From assembly GCA_951406725.2 (NCBI GenBank), contig OX597822.1, forward strand, positions 18,538,001-18,602,000: 64,000 nucleotides of DNA. The letters run 5' to 3'. Both the position numbers and the translations under genes were made by a program. A model generated the notes under the pieces. The model was not told the DNA's origin. It worked only from the letters and a program-made list of their open reading frames with translations, and did no database searches. Shown piece by piece: positions 26,946 to 40,289 of this stretch (the stretch's first letter is position 1; each line of letters starts with the position of its first letter). Origin of the DNA: Octopus vulgaris (taxonomy: Eukaryota).

Positions 26946-27689
26946 TGTATGTATGTATGCATGTATGTATGCATGCATGCACATGCACACACGCACACAG
27001 TGCACAAGTTTACCATTTGGGTTGCAGTTCTTAATAGTAATCTCATTGAACTCTTTGTTGCATGATCCCAAAGAATTCAATGCCATATGAGAATGGCCAT
27101 AATATAATGTAAAGAGCACAACAATAATGAGAGAAAAATCATAGGCATGAACTTGTTATTCCTTTATTCCATCTGTTACATATGTTTCAGTATTTGGTAA
27201 TAAATAACACCGCATTGTAAATGCAATCCATAGATGCAACTTATACATACAGCATACATGAAAACTGGACACCTCCATGGACACAGAGAAGAAATACAGA
27301 TTACAAGCATGCAGTTATCTTATATAAATAGCTGAGAGAGATACAAAACCAGTGGGAAGTAGAGTGAAGAGGGGTAGGTGGGGACTAGATTTAGAGCCTC
27401 CCTAACCAGAAATATATAGAGGTGGAGAAAGCAATTAAGGGAATAGCCACCAGATAGAATGTGAAAACATTGGTCAAGACTTTAGGAAAAAAAAAGTTAA
27501 CCAAGCAAATGGAACCATTTAGATAAGCTAGTAGAGTGGTGTAGTGGGAGGGGTTATAAAGCCCCAAAGGGTTGCTGACATGCCTTGTGATAGGTGAACT
27601 AATATATATATAGATAGATAAACAGATAGATAGATACACACACATGCATATACATACATATATCTCTCTCTGTATATACATTTATATAT

Positions 27690-28560
27690 ATATATGGTGG
27701 GTTAGTTCACAGGTGATCTAAATGACTAGGTATGCTAGGTAAATGCTGTAATGGATTACAAGGGCTCCAAGGTTATAGTTGAGACGGTAGTTATGGAGCC
27801 ATTGTAGATTTCTGATATAGCAGATATATAATTGTTAAAGTGAATAACAAACGTTAAGGCAAGACAAACATCATATACGTTATTATTATTGGAAAGAACA
27901 CCTCTCTGAAATTAAACCTAGGCAAGCATACACGCATATTGGATATCCAAACCCTCCCACTGTGGTTAAACAATCTCGCCCACCTAGCACCCAGACGCAT
28001 AAAACTCAATCTAAGAATACTAATATCAAACCTTCCAACTCTCCTCTAACATACAGTAGGAATCACACCTCCCCAAATTTGCATAATAAAAATGGTGGGA
28101 GATTTATTGTCTGGTATATACCTCAACTTGCTTTAAACGTTAAGGGCCTCACCAAAGCACTCTTTAAAATAGTAGACTCTAATTTCCCATGGAATCACAA
28201 GTATCATTCTGTCTTTAACAGATCCACTTTGAAATTATCCTACTCCTTTACACCAAATATAGAATCTATTATCATCTCATCTAACAAATGTAAACTTAGC
28301 TCTTACTCTCCAAATGCATACAACCTGACCATAGAGCTACACATCGAAAACACTAACACCGATCACAGTCACATATCCAACATAACCTGGCCCAACCACT
28401 TTAAACAACTTCAACATACATAATATTGTCCCCTCACCTCGGAGAGTAATGGGTGCACAGTTGAAACTGACACAAGCACTAATAGGCACACTGATACTAT
28501 ATTATAACCACTACAACTAATAATACCTATACGTCAACTACTAACAGGACTAGCAATAAT
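27690..28560 (+). mobile_element. Penelope-like element relic
   Basis: ORF 27962-28423 FPWNHKYHSVFNRSTLKLSYSFTPNIESII matches the PLE linker between RT and GIY-YIG; upstream 27690-27890 is homologous to 60378-60560. Confidence 0.7.
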
Positions 28561-29936
28561 ATTTAGTACTAGCACACACACACATGCACACACACACAAA
28601 CACACTCCTTTTATCATTTACTTGTTACAGTCATTTGACCGCAGCCATGCTGGGGCACCCAGCATGGTTGCATGTTGATCTTGAAGGGTTTTGGCTGAAC
28701 AAACCGACCCCAGGACCTTTTTTTTTATTAAACCTGGTCCTTATTCCATCGATCTCTTGGGAGACAAACACAAACACGTGGATGTAATGTCTGTTTTCCA
28801 TGCTGGCATGGGTTGGATGGTTTGACTGAAAACTAGTAAGCTGGGGAGCTGTGCCAGATTCCAAATCAAATTGGAACCTGGGACAGCTCCCCAGTTTACA
28901 GTCAAACCATCCAACCCATGCCAGCATGGAAATTGGATGTTAAAGGATGATGATGATAATGATATACATATATATTTGAGAAGCTTCTTTCAGCTTCCAT
29001 AAACCAAATCCACTCACAAGGCTTTGGTTGGCCTGAGGCTATAGTAGAAGACACTTGCTCAAGGTGCCACGCAGTGGGACTGAACTCGGAACTATGTGAT
29101 TGGGAAGCAAGTTTCTTACCACATGGCCACGCCTTCACCTACACACCCACACACACTTCTTTCAGTTTCTGCATTACCAGACCCATTCACATGGCTCTGA
29201 TCGGTCTGGGGCTATAGTAGAGGGCATTTGTCCTTGATGCCATGCAGTGGAAATGAATCTGGGACCATGTGGTTAGGAAGTAAACTTCTTACCACACAGT
29301 CCTTCATTTATTCAATGTCTTCCTTAAATATTTTTTTGTATCATTCTAAATTTTGTTTATTCTCTATTACCACAGTTGCTACCTGCTTATCTTTGACCAT
29401 TCCTGCTGTTCATACCTCTTTCTTTTCATTTCCATTGTCATTTTTAAAAATTTATTTCTTTATTCACTCATCTCTTTCTATTCTATTCTTAAATCTCATT
29501 CGTTCCAAAGTTCATTCCTCTGTTTATCTACTCTTTCTCAATTGAATTTTTCCATTACATTCTTTGATCATTCTCTAATGGCTAAAACCTTCTTCCCTAT
29601 CAAAATATTTCTTTCTTTTCCTCTCCCACCTTACACTCTTCTTGCTCTTTTTCTTTTCTCTTTGCTTCTGTTTCCTTTCCTTCTTTATTTTCCTTTCTTT
29701 TTTAATCTTTTTTCTTCTCTTTGTCACTTCTTTTTTCCATTGTTGTCACCTTTTCTCTCCACTACCACCATCATCACCACCACACTATGACAGGAATCCT
29801 AAAGATGGATGTGCAAATTCCATCATTTTCCAGTCATAACTTCCCTGAAGAATCTCTGCACCCACAACTGAAACTCAGAGTAGCAAGAGTCACAACAGGC
29901 TGACTTCACTGGAGTAATACACAAACAGACATACAC

Positions 29937-29978
<42 letters not shown>

Positions 29979-29987
29979 CCTGAATCA

Positions 29988-32056
29988 GCAGTTCCTTGGT
30001 AGATAAAACAATTAATGATATGAATTCAGGGAAAGCCCCCAGCCCATTGGAATCACTGCTGAGATACTCAAAATATCTGGTGATGAGGGTTATGGTCTAG
30101 TCACCCGTATTGTAGATTTGGTAGTTCATGAAGGATTCATATCCAATGACTGGTGTAGCAGCACCATAATCAGCTGCTACAAAGGTAAAGGTGATGCCTT
30201 AGATAGAAATGATTACAGAAGTATCAAATTGTTGGACCAGGTGATGAAAGTTACTGAGAGAGTCATAGCCCACCTGATTAAGGATCGAATTAGCTTAGAT
30301 AAGATGCAGTTTAGTCTTGTGCCAGGGAGAAGCACCACTGATGCTATATTTCTGGTAAGGCAGCTGCAGGAGAAATACATAGCCAAAGATAAACTTCTGT
30401 ACTTGGCCTTTGTTAGCTTGGAGAAAGCCTTTGAGAGAGTCCCCCAATCCCTTATCTGGTTGTCAGTGTGGAAACTAGGGAAAGATAAGTGGTTGGTGAG
30501 AGCTGTACAAGCTATGTACAGGGATGCTACCAGTAAGGTGATAGTTGGCAATGAGTACAGTGAAGAATTCAGGGTACAAGTAGGGGTTCACCAAGGATCG
30601 GTCCTAAGCCCCCTCTTGTTCATCATAGTCCTCCAAGCAGTAGCAGAGGTATTTAAGACAGGCTGCCCCTGGGAGCTCCTCTATGCTGATGACCTTGCTC
30701 CTGTTGTTGAATTCCTATCAGAACTAGAGAAGAAGTTCCAGGTATGGAAGCAAGATCTAGAATTGAAGGGCCTTAGAGTTAACCTAGCAAAAACTAAAGT
30801 CTTGGTAAGTAGGAAGGCAGACAAATCACAAATCCCTTCAGGTGGATGGCCCTGCTCGATCTGTAGGAAAGACATTGGTAGAAACTCCATAAGATGCACC
30901 CGATGTAAGCTTTGAGCACATAAAAGATGCAGCAATATCAGAGAAAGGTTAACAGGGAAACTAGCTTTTGTATGTGGAAGATGCACAGGTACAGTAAACA
31001 CTGAAAATGTGCAGAAAATAGACTCCTTCAACTGCGAGTGGAGCAAGCTAGAGGTATTAGACAGCTTCTGTTATCCAGGTGACCAAGTTAGTAGTGGAGG
31101 TGGATGCTCCGAGAGTGTAGCTATGAGAATAAGAATAGGCTGGGCAAAGTTCAGAGAGCTCATAACTCTGCTGCCAACAAAGACCTCTCCCTCAGAGTGA
31201 AAGGCAGATTGGATGATGCCTGTGTGCAAACAGCTAAGCTACATGGCAGTGAAACATGGGCTGTGACGGCTGGGTACATGCATAGGCTTGAAAGAAATGA
31301 AGCTAGTTTGTTTCACTGGATGTGCAGTGATGCATGTTCAACAGAGTATAAACATCCTGAGAGAAAAGTTGGACATAAGAAACATCAGATGTGGTGTGCA
31401 AGAGAAACGACTGCGATGGTATGTGCATGTAATGCATATGGATGAGGACAGCTGTGTAAAGAAGTACCAATCTCTAACTGTAATGGGAACCTGTGGTAGA
31501 GGTAGACCCAGGAAGACATGGGATAAGGTGGTGAAGCATGATCTTTGAACTTTAAGCCTCACAGAGGCAATGACTAATGACCGAGATCTTTGATAATATG
31601 CTGTGCTTGAGAAGACTTGTCAAGACAAGGGAAATTTTTGTCATGGCTGATGCCGGTGGCACGTAAAGGGCACCCATGCAGGTGGCACGTAAAGGGCACC
31701 TATCAAGCCTTGGGCCTCATGGAGGCAAAGTGGCTGAGATCCTTTCGAGCGTTGGGCCTCATGGAGACAATGACCGAAACCTTTAGCATTATGCCATGTT
31801 TCAGAAGAAGATCCTTCAAGCTAAGCAAAATCACAGTTGTGGCAGATACTGGTGTCATGCAAATAGCCCCTGTGCCAGTGACACGTAAAAGGACCCATTT
31901 CACTTTCAGAGTGGTTGGTGTTAGAAAGGGCATCCAGCTGTAGAAAACTATGCCAAATCAGACTGGAGTCTGGTGCGGACTTCCAACTTACCATCCCTGG
32001 TCAAACTGTCCAACCTATGCCAGCATGGACAATGGATGTTAAATGATAATGATGAT
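29988..32056 (+). mobile_element. 5'-truncated, decayed PHD-containing RTE-type LINE
   Basis: ORF 30118-30915 with VGVHQGSVLSPLLF, LLYADD and WPCSICRK; 3' UTR and (GAT)n tail. Confidence 0.92.
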
Positions 32057-32150
32057 ATGTAGTTAAATAAGATTTGAATAAAAACCTTGTAGAACACTGT
32101 GCAAAGCTGGTCCACAGTTCTTGGGTACTTTATGTATTTTGTTTATAATT

Positions 32151-32573
32151 GTAGGTGCAGAAGTGGTTGTGTGGTAAGAAGCTTGCTTTCCAACCACATG
32201 GTTCTGGGTTCTGTCCTACTGCATGGCACCTTGGACAAGTGTCTTCTACTATGGCCTCAGGCCAACCAAAGCCCTGTGACTGAATTTGGTAGACGGAAAA
32301 TGAAAGAAGCCCATTGTATATATACACATATATATATATATAATATCTGTGTGTGTGTCTCTGTGTCTGTTAGTCCACCACCACTGCTTGACAACTGGTG
32401 CTGGTGGGCTTATGTCCTCATAACTTAGTGGTTCAGTAAAAGAGACCAATAGCGTAAGCACCAGGCGTTTAAACAAATAAGTACTGCAATCGATACATTT
32501 GACTGAAAATTCTTCAAGGTAGTACTCCAGCATGGCTGCAGTCTAATGACTGAAACAAGTAAGAGATAAAAGA
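32151..32573 (+). mobile_element. tRNA-derived SINE family A, full length
   Basis: A box gtggttgtgtggtaag, B-box-like gggttctgtcc, core caagtgtcttctactat, internal microsatellite, tail gactgaaacaagtaagagataaaag. Confidence 0.85.
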
Positions 32574-32886
32574 TTGTATTTTGTCTGTCACTAAATGTAT
32601 GGGTTTAGTTTTGTCTTTAAACTGCTGAAAATGACACATCCCTTTGGGTCTGAATTCTCACTCTGAGTGAAATGACAGTAAGGTCTGAGAAAGGACTTAT
32701 GTAAGCAATCACCTGAAGAGGAGCATTTTACACCTTGGATGCCTGAAAATGATTACACAACATCTCACCAATAAACTACAAGTTTTAAAATGTGTCTAAA
32801 CAATTGTAGTGATTATAAATAATGTTCATTCCATTTTCTATAATACACACACATACATACATATAATATATATATATATATATATA

Positions 32887-34272
32887 TCATCATCATCATC
32901 ATCATCGTTTAACGTCCGCTTTCCATGCTAGCATGGGTTGGACGGTTCAACTGGGGTCTGGCAAGCCCGAAGGCTGCACCAGGCCAGTCAGATCTGGCAG
33001 TGTTTCTACAGCTGGATGCCCTTCCTAACGCCAACCACTCCGAGAGTGTAGTGGGTGATTTTATGTGCCACCGACACAGGTGCCAGACGAGGCTGGCAGA
33101 CGGTCATGCTCGGATGGTGTTTTTTATGTGCCACCGACACAGGTGCCAGACGAGGCTGGCTGACGGCCACGCTCGGATGGTGTTTTCTTATGTGTCACCG
33201 ACACAGGTGCCAGACGAGGCTGGCGGATGGCCACGCTCAGATGGTGTTTGTTACGTGCCCTCAGCACGGAGGCCAGTCGTTGCGGTACTGGCTACGGTCA
33301 CGTTCGGATGGTTTTCTTATGTGCCACCGGCACTGGTACCACAAGGATACAAATTCCATTGATGTTCATCTATTTTGATTTGGTTCGATTTGATTTGATT
33401 CGATTCGATACTCACTTGCCTCAACAGGTCTTCACAAGTGTCACAAGAAGGAAGGTATGCACAGGTGGACTGACTACGTCCCAGGTAGGGGCCACGGATT
33501 ATGGCTTCACTAGTCTTGCCGGGTCTTCTCACGCACAGCATACTTCCATAGGTCTCGGTCTCTAGTCATTTCCATGGTGAGACCTAACGTCCGAAGGTCG
33601 TGCTTCACCACCTCGTCCCAGGTTTTCCTGGGTCTACCTCTTCCACGGGTTCCCTCAACTGCTAGGGATTGGCACTTTCTCACACACCTATCTTCATCCA
33701 TTCTCGCCACATGACCATACCAGCGCAATCGTCTCTCTTGCACACAACAACTGACGCTTCTTAGGTACAACATTTCTCTCAAGGTACTAACGCTCTGTCG
33801 AGTAAGTACACTGACATTACACATCCATCGGAGCATACTGGCTTCGTTCCTCACGAGCTTACGCATGTCCTCAGCAGTCACGGCCCATGTTTCACTGCCA
33901 TGTAGCATAGCTGTTCGTACACATGCATCATACAGTCTGCCTTTTACTCTGAGCGAGAGGCCTTTAGTCACCAGCAGAGGTAAGAGCTCCCTAAACTTTG
34001 CCCAGGCTATTCTTATTCTAGCAGTTACACTTTCAGCGCACCCACCCCCACTACTGACTTGGTCACCTAGATAGCGGAAGCTATCAACTACTTCTAGTTT
34101 TTCCCCCCAGAAAGCGACGGAAGTTGTTTTCTGCAGATTTTCGGAGGTCAATGCTCCAGAGCATCTGCCACATACAAAAACTATCTTCCCAGTTAGCCTA
34201 CCTTTGACATTGCTGCACCTCTTATGTGTCCATAGCTTACACTGGGTACATCTTATAGAGTTTCTACCTACA

Positions 34273-34275
<3 letters not shown>
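32887..34275 (-). mobile_element. Young 5'-truncated PHD-containing RTE-type LINE
   Basis: ORF 33510-34151 FRYLG...LRWYGH; tandem units of about 63 bp in the 3' UTR; (GAT)n tail. Confidence 0.93.
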
Positions 34276-34321
<46 letters not shown>

Positions 34322-34360
34322 TTACACACACACACACATACATACATATATACATACATT

Positions 34361-34401
<41 letters not shown>

Positions 34402-35282
34402 AAGGCACAAAGGTAATGGATATTCAGACATTTTATTCCAGTTAGCTTACACATGTTTCTGATAAACCTGAAGAATGCATAGTTCACTAGAACATAAGGA
34501 ACTTTGCATTCTTTAACTTTATCGGAAATGCATGTAAGCTAACTGGAATAAAATGCATGAATATTTATTACTTTTGTGCCTTTTCTATAGTATTCTTTAA
34601 CAACATATCCATTTTTTCTTTAGAACTAAGCTTTAAATTCACAAATTGAAGTAGCGACTGCTTGTTAACTACTGATTGCCCGAATTTCTATGTCTATCAC
34701 TGGCCAATTGTGTTGGCCTCGTTTATTTTCCTTGATGGAGTGCTTATAAGATATATTGTGCAGATGCTTACATTTGATAAATTTGTATGTGTGTATATGT
34801 ATGTATGTATGTATGTCATTGTTCAGTTTTATTTCAAGATTTCTTGTCATTAAAGAAAGAGCTAGTTTGTAACCTAGATCCAAGGTTCCTTCATTGGAAT
34901 CTCAACATCAACAACAGGATGTTTTTGTTTGTATGTGCGTATATGTGCAGATTTGTATGTTTTGCTTTATGTATGTATTCTCATGCATATAGTTGCATAT
35001 CTAGACACACTCGTATATATATCAGGTCTACATGATCAAGATCGACCAGCATTTAAAAATAACAAAGACAAAAATAAAGCAATATATCTTTTATGGGTTT
35101 AGCCAAAAATTTTATCCATTTGGTCTCATTCATAAGTGACGAGGCTTGATGACTGTCTTGGAGAATATTTGTGATCATGGAAAGTCAAATGAATAATTTG
35201 GCTAACAAGAAGATTGTATAAACAATATATATATGTGTGTGTGTGTATAAAACCATACATACGTGCATACATACATACATAC

Positions 35283-35332
<50 letters not shown>

Positions 35333-35499
35333 ATGATGATAATAATCCATGGATGGAATTTATAGATATTTCAAAGCCTTGCTCTGCACATTTGCACAAA
35401 TCTCATCGTCCATATTCGTGGGACGATCTCGGTACTATCTATAGTATCCATGGACATCAGGTGGATCATAGTTCATGCATTCATTTCATCAAGTGATAC

Positions 35500-36650
35500 G
35501 GCATTAATGTTGGAAGCAACGAATATATAACTGAAAGATATTTATCAATTGTCACCAATCAAAACCTTCAATGGGGTATGTGGGTAGTTCTGTGTGTATT
35601 TGGTTGAGAAGAATAGAAGGTGATGAAAAGAGAGAGGAAATATAATAATGAAAGAGAGAGAGAGGAATGTGTAGTCAGGCTAGACTGGTTTTGATATTTG
35701 TGTGTGCGGATGTTGGGATGAGTAGTAAAATTTATTGGTTTGATCTTACCCACAAAAGGCACTTATTTTGGTGTAAAAGCTCATTGTCTGAGTTGCCAAA
35801 TAATGTTCCTTTAAAGGGTCCTTATAATTACTTCTGGTGGTACAGTGACATAGAATAGGAAGATAATGTGTGTTTTTTTTTTGTTTTGTTTTGTTTAGTT
35901 CATTTACATGTTCTCTTGTTCCATTAGATGCTAGTAACGGTTAGTGTTTCATAATGCTCTGTTTGAATTCTAGGATGGATGCCTTGATCTTATGCCTGCT
36001 TGATATAATTACTTCAGAATGTCTATTAATTATGTCTTCCCCAGATGTGATCTCTAGGATTTCCTCTTGGTGTCAGTTACACAGTTGCAGTGTTCAATTG
36101 TATGGTCTAGCATTTTTTTTTTATTATCGACCAGTGGGTTGTATGCTCCACTCCCTTCCATTTCAGCCTCTGAATCCCATTAGATCATGGTGTACAGAGC
36201 CATTTGTTTTTATTGGAAAATGACGTAAGATGATTGTGCAAATGATATTTCATGGTGTCTCCAGTTCCACCAATAGACACATTTGTGAACCATGTTCTTT
36301 ACCATGCAGTTATTAAATTTGCATTCATTTTCCATCTGCAGTTACCTGTTATATTATCTATTAACGCTCACATTCTTTCTTCCTCCTGCAACAGTGTTCT
36401 TATTTTCCTTAAGTCATGGATTGCACTTCCAATGGTAAAATGCTGTCTGGACCTGCTCTTGTTATGGAGGAGCTTTTATCATTCATATTTGCATTGTTTA
36501 TCATGTTTTGATCTGCAGTTTTTCGATAAGCTCCTGTTAGTTTTATCTTACTGAGCTTTATGCTATTTAATTTGTGTATGTAGTATTCTAGACTGTGTGA
36601 TGTCACATATGCTAATTTCACATTATGTCTGTTGATGATTTTGTAATATA
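35500..36650 (-). mobile_element. Decayed Penelope-like element (linker and GIY-YIG region)
   Basis: YYKIINRHNVKLAYVTSHSLEYYI (36409-36650), then degenerate NCR..NNCMVKNMV..KC..IG.T...NH..SF on the minus strand at about 36200-36350. Confidence 0.6.
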
Positions 36651-37063
36651 TAGGCGCATGAGTGGCTGTGTGGTAAGTAGCTTGCTTACGAACCACATGG
36701 TCCCGGGTTCAGTCCCACTGCATGGCACATTAGGCAAGTGTCTTCTACTATAGCCTCAGGCTGACCAAAACCTTGTGAGTGGATTTGGTAGATGGAAACT
36801 GAAAGAAGCCTGTCATATATATATATATGTGTGTGTGTGTGCGTATGTATATGTTTGTGTGTCTGTGTTTGTGCCCCCAACATCACTTGACAACTGATGC
36901 TGGTGTGTTTACGTCCCCGTCGCTTAGTGGTGCAGCAAGAGAGACTGATAGAATAAGTACTAGGCTTGCAAAGAATAAGTCCTGGGGTCGATTTGCTCGA
37001 CTAAAGGTGGTGCTCCAGCATGGCCACAGTCAAATAACTGAAACAAATAAAAGAATAAAGAAT
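36651..37063 (+). mobile_element. tRNA-derived SINE family A, full length
   Basis: gtggctgtgtggtaag...gggttcagtccc head, conserved core and (aaaga) tail. Further partial copies at about 8845, 9735, 14620, 15390, 15770, 28980, 29155, 50634 and 54000. Confidence 0.9.
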
Positions 37064-37526
37064 ATGTGCTACATTTAGGGAAGTACAACTCTATAGGACA
37101 GCTATTGCAAGTTGATATCATTAGGCTGTAGCCTGCACAAGAAGATAGGAGCTTTTATATACATAGTCAAAAATGTTTCCCCTGTACATGAGCTGAAAGG
37201 ATATATATATATATGCATGTGTGTATATATATATGCATATATTTCATACATATGTGTGTGTGTGTATGTATATATATATATATATACAAAATAAGAAAAT
37301 GGACAAATATATCTAAATCTAATATCGATTACCAGATAATACTCAATCACATACTTTATTAAACCACCACATAAGAAACTGTAAGGACAAACATAATAAA
37401 GTAGAACAACATAGTGTACATAAAGGAGTGTACATAAAGGAGTAATGTTATACAGTTAGTACAATATGTATAAGATAATATAAAAATAAGTAAATATAAG
37501 TATAGATATAGACTATACATTTATAC

Positions 37527-37579
<53 letters not shown>

Positions 37580-37583
37580 ATGT

Positions 37584-38603
37584 GTGCTGAGGACATGTGT
37601 AAGCTTGCAAGAAATGAAGCCAGTATGATCCGATGATGTGTAATGTCAGTGTGCATACTCGACAGAGTATAAGTAGCTTGAGAGAAAAGTTGGACCTAAG
37701 AAGCATCAGTTGCGGTATGCAAGAGAGACGACTACACTGGTATGGTCATGTGGCAAGAATGGATGAGATTAGCTCTGTGAAAAAGTGCTACACCCTAGCA
37801 GTTGAGGGAACCTGTGGAAGAGGTAGACCCAGGAAAACCTGGGATGAGGTGGTGAAGCACGATCTTTGAACATTAGGCAATGACTAGTGACCAAGACTTT
37901 GGAAATATGCTGTGCTTGAGAAGACCCAGGAAGCCAAATGAGACCATAACCTTGTGGCCTATGCCAGGGGTGTAACCAGCCCACTTATGCATACCTTTCC
38001 TTCATTGGACTCTAAACTCTGCTTGCAAAGACCTGTTGAGGCAAGTGAAATCAAAATCGAATGAAATTCGACAATTAGCACCCATGCCAACCTTCCTTCA
38101 TTTGACTCTAGACTCTGCTTGTGAAGACCTGTTGGGGCAAGTGAAATCGAAATCCAATTCGATGACTGGCATCCGTGCTAGTAGGACGCTAAGAGCACCA
38201 TCCAAGTGTGATCATTGCCAGAGCAGATAACTGGCTTCTGTGCTGGCGGCACATAAAAAGTAGCATTTGAGCGTGATTGTTACCAGCATCTCCTTACTGG
38301 CACTTGTGCTGGTGGCACGTGAAAAAACATTCAAGCGAGGTTGTTGCCAGTGCCGCTGGACTGGCTCCTGTGCAGGTGGTATATAAAAAACACCATTTGA
38401 GTGTGGTCATTGTCAGTACCACCTGACTGGCGCTTGTGCCGGTGGCACGTAAAAGCACCCACTATACTCTCAGAGTGGTTGGTGTTAGGAAGGGCATCCA
38501 GCTGTAGAAACTCTGCCAGATCAAGATTGGAGCCAGATCTCAGTCAAATCGTCCAACTCATGCTAGCATGGAAAGCAGATGTTAAACGATGATGATGATG
38601 ATG
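37584..38603 (+). mobile_element. 3' fragment of the PHD-containing RTE-type LINE family
   Basis: ORF 37633-37869 LREKLDLRSISCGMQERRLHWYGH; 3' UTR; (GAT)n tail. Confidence 0.9.
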
Positions 38604-38627
38604 TGTTTGCATGTGTGTGTGTGTTTA

Positions 38628-38687
<60 letters not shown>

Positions 38688-38689
38688 TT

Positions 38690-38915
38690 ATTTATTGCCC
38701 ACAAGGGGCTAAACATAGAGGGGACAAACAAGCACAGACAAAGGGATTAAGTCAATTACATCGACCCCAGTGCGTAACTGGTACTTCATTTATCGACCCC
38801 GAAAGGATGAAAGGCAAAGTCGACCTCGGCGGAATTTGAACTCACAACATAATGGCAGACGAAATACAGCTACGCATTTCGCCCGGCGTGGTAACGTTTC
38901 TGCCAGCTCGCCTTA
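38690..38915 (-). mobile_element. SINE family B copy
   Basis: Reverse complement of 14100-14335. Confidence 0.85.
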
Positions 38916-38953
38916 TATATATGTATATATGTATATATATAAATATGTATATT

Positions 38954-38984
<31 letters not shown>

Positions 38985-39067
38985 ATATATATATGTATAT
39001 ATATATATATATAAATTCAACAATTGAGGGTAAAATTAATTAATTATTAATCAATTTCACCAATTTG

Positions 39068-39131
<64 letters not shown>

Positions 39132-39544
39132 AGACATGCACCATACACATACCTACGTAGACACGTGTGTGTGTGTATGTGTGTGTGTGTGTGTGTGTAT
39201 CAGTTGGAAGAGTTAGCTTGTGAGCTTGTGTTTGTTATCAAAAGATGACATTTCCTGCTCTTTTATTGGGTCTGTGGTGTGTCTCCAAGTTGAAAGAATG
39301 AGCAAAGTGTATTTGAGAATTTATTTGATGTGTTTTTGTTGTTGTTGTTGGTCAATGTTTGGTGCAAATACTTGTGTTTGACTTGAAGCTATCTTGGGAA
39401 AACCTGAGATCTTTTTAACCTCAAGAAAATGGAATATTTATCTTGCAGAGTGAAAAAACTGAAATACTGCAAGTTTTACCACTTTTTTCCATTCACCTGG
39501 TATTAAGGAGGAGGAGGAGGAGGTGGTGGTGGTGGTGGTGGTGG

Positions 39545-39586
<42 letters not shown>

Positions 39587-40289
39587 GAAGAAAGAAGGAA
39601 TAATAATAATAATAATGGTTCAGAATGAGGATGTAGAATTCAGTTTTAATGGTCTAGTCATTATAACAAATTTATGATGAAAGACATTCCAGCATGACCA
39701 TACAGTTAATCTTTTTAGAATATTTCTGTTTCTTGCACCACTCCATCTAGAGCCACCCATCCTTATATATCATAAGAATAGCCTTAAATTTCCTCCTACT
39801 CAATCTATCTCACTATTCCCCTTCTTTTTACCTTCTTGGCATCGTTCCACTACCCTCATCCGACACTACTCTTTCCCTTCTATTAATTACTCCTACTCCC
39901 AACACTGCCCCTGTTATCCTCCACCCCACTAACACCTTCTGCTAACAATAAACTTCTTCTTCCTCTCTTCGTGCTTTCACTTCTTCGCCTCTCTTCACCC
40001 CATCTAAACTCTTCACTTTCCATCCTCTTCTCTCCTTCTGATTTGGTAGTTCTTTGGTCTTGCACCCAATATTCTATCTATGATATGGTCTGCATTAAGA
40101 GAAGCATTTAGTCAGAGAAGCTGTACCAAAACTGAGATAATGGAACAAGAGCACCCGTTGACCTGTCGGATTCTGTTGAGTCATTCTACCCATGTCAGCC
40201 TCCAAAGTGGATGTAAAATGAAGATGATGACAACAGTGGTAATGATGATGATGACAATGGACCCCTTTGTCAGATTGATTCTATACCTA

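Noticed and set aside
33055-33335. Regularly spaced repeats as a CRISPR array
   Set aside because: Units repeat in full with no unique spacers, lie in a LINE 3' UTR, and the context is eukaryotic with no cas genes
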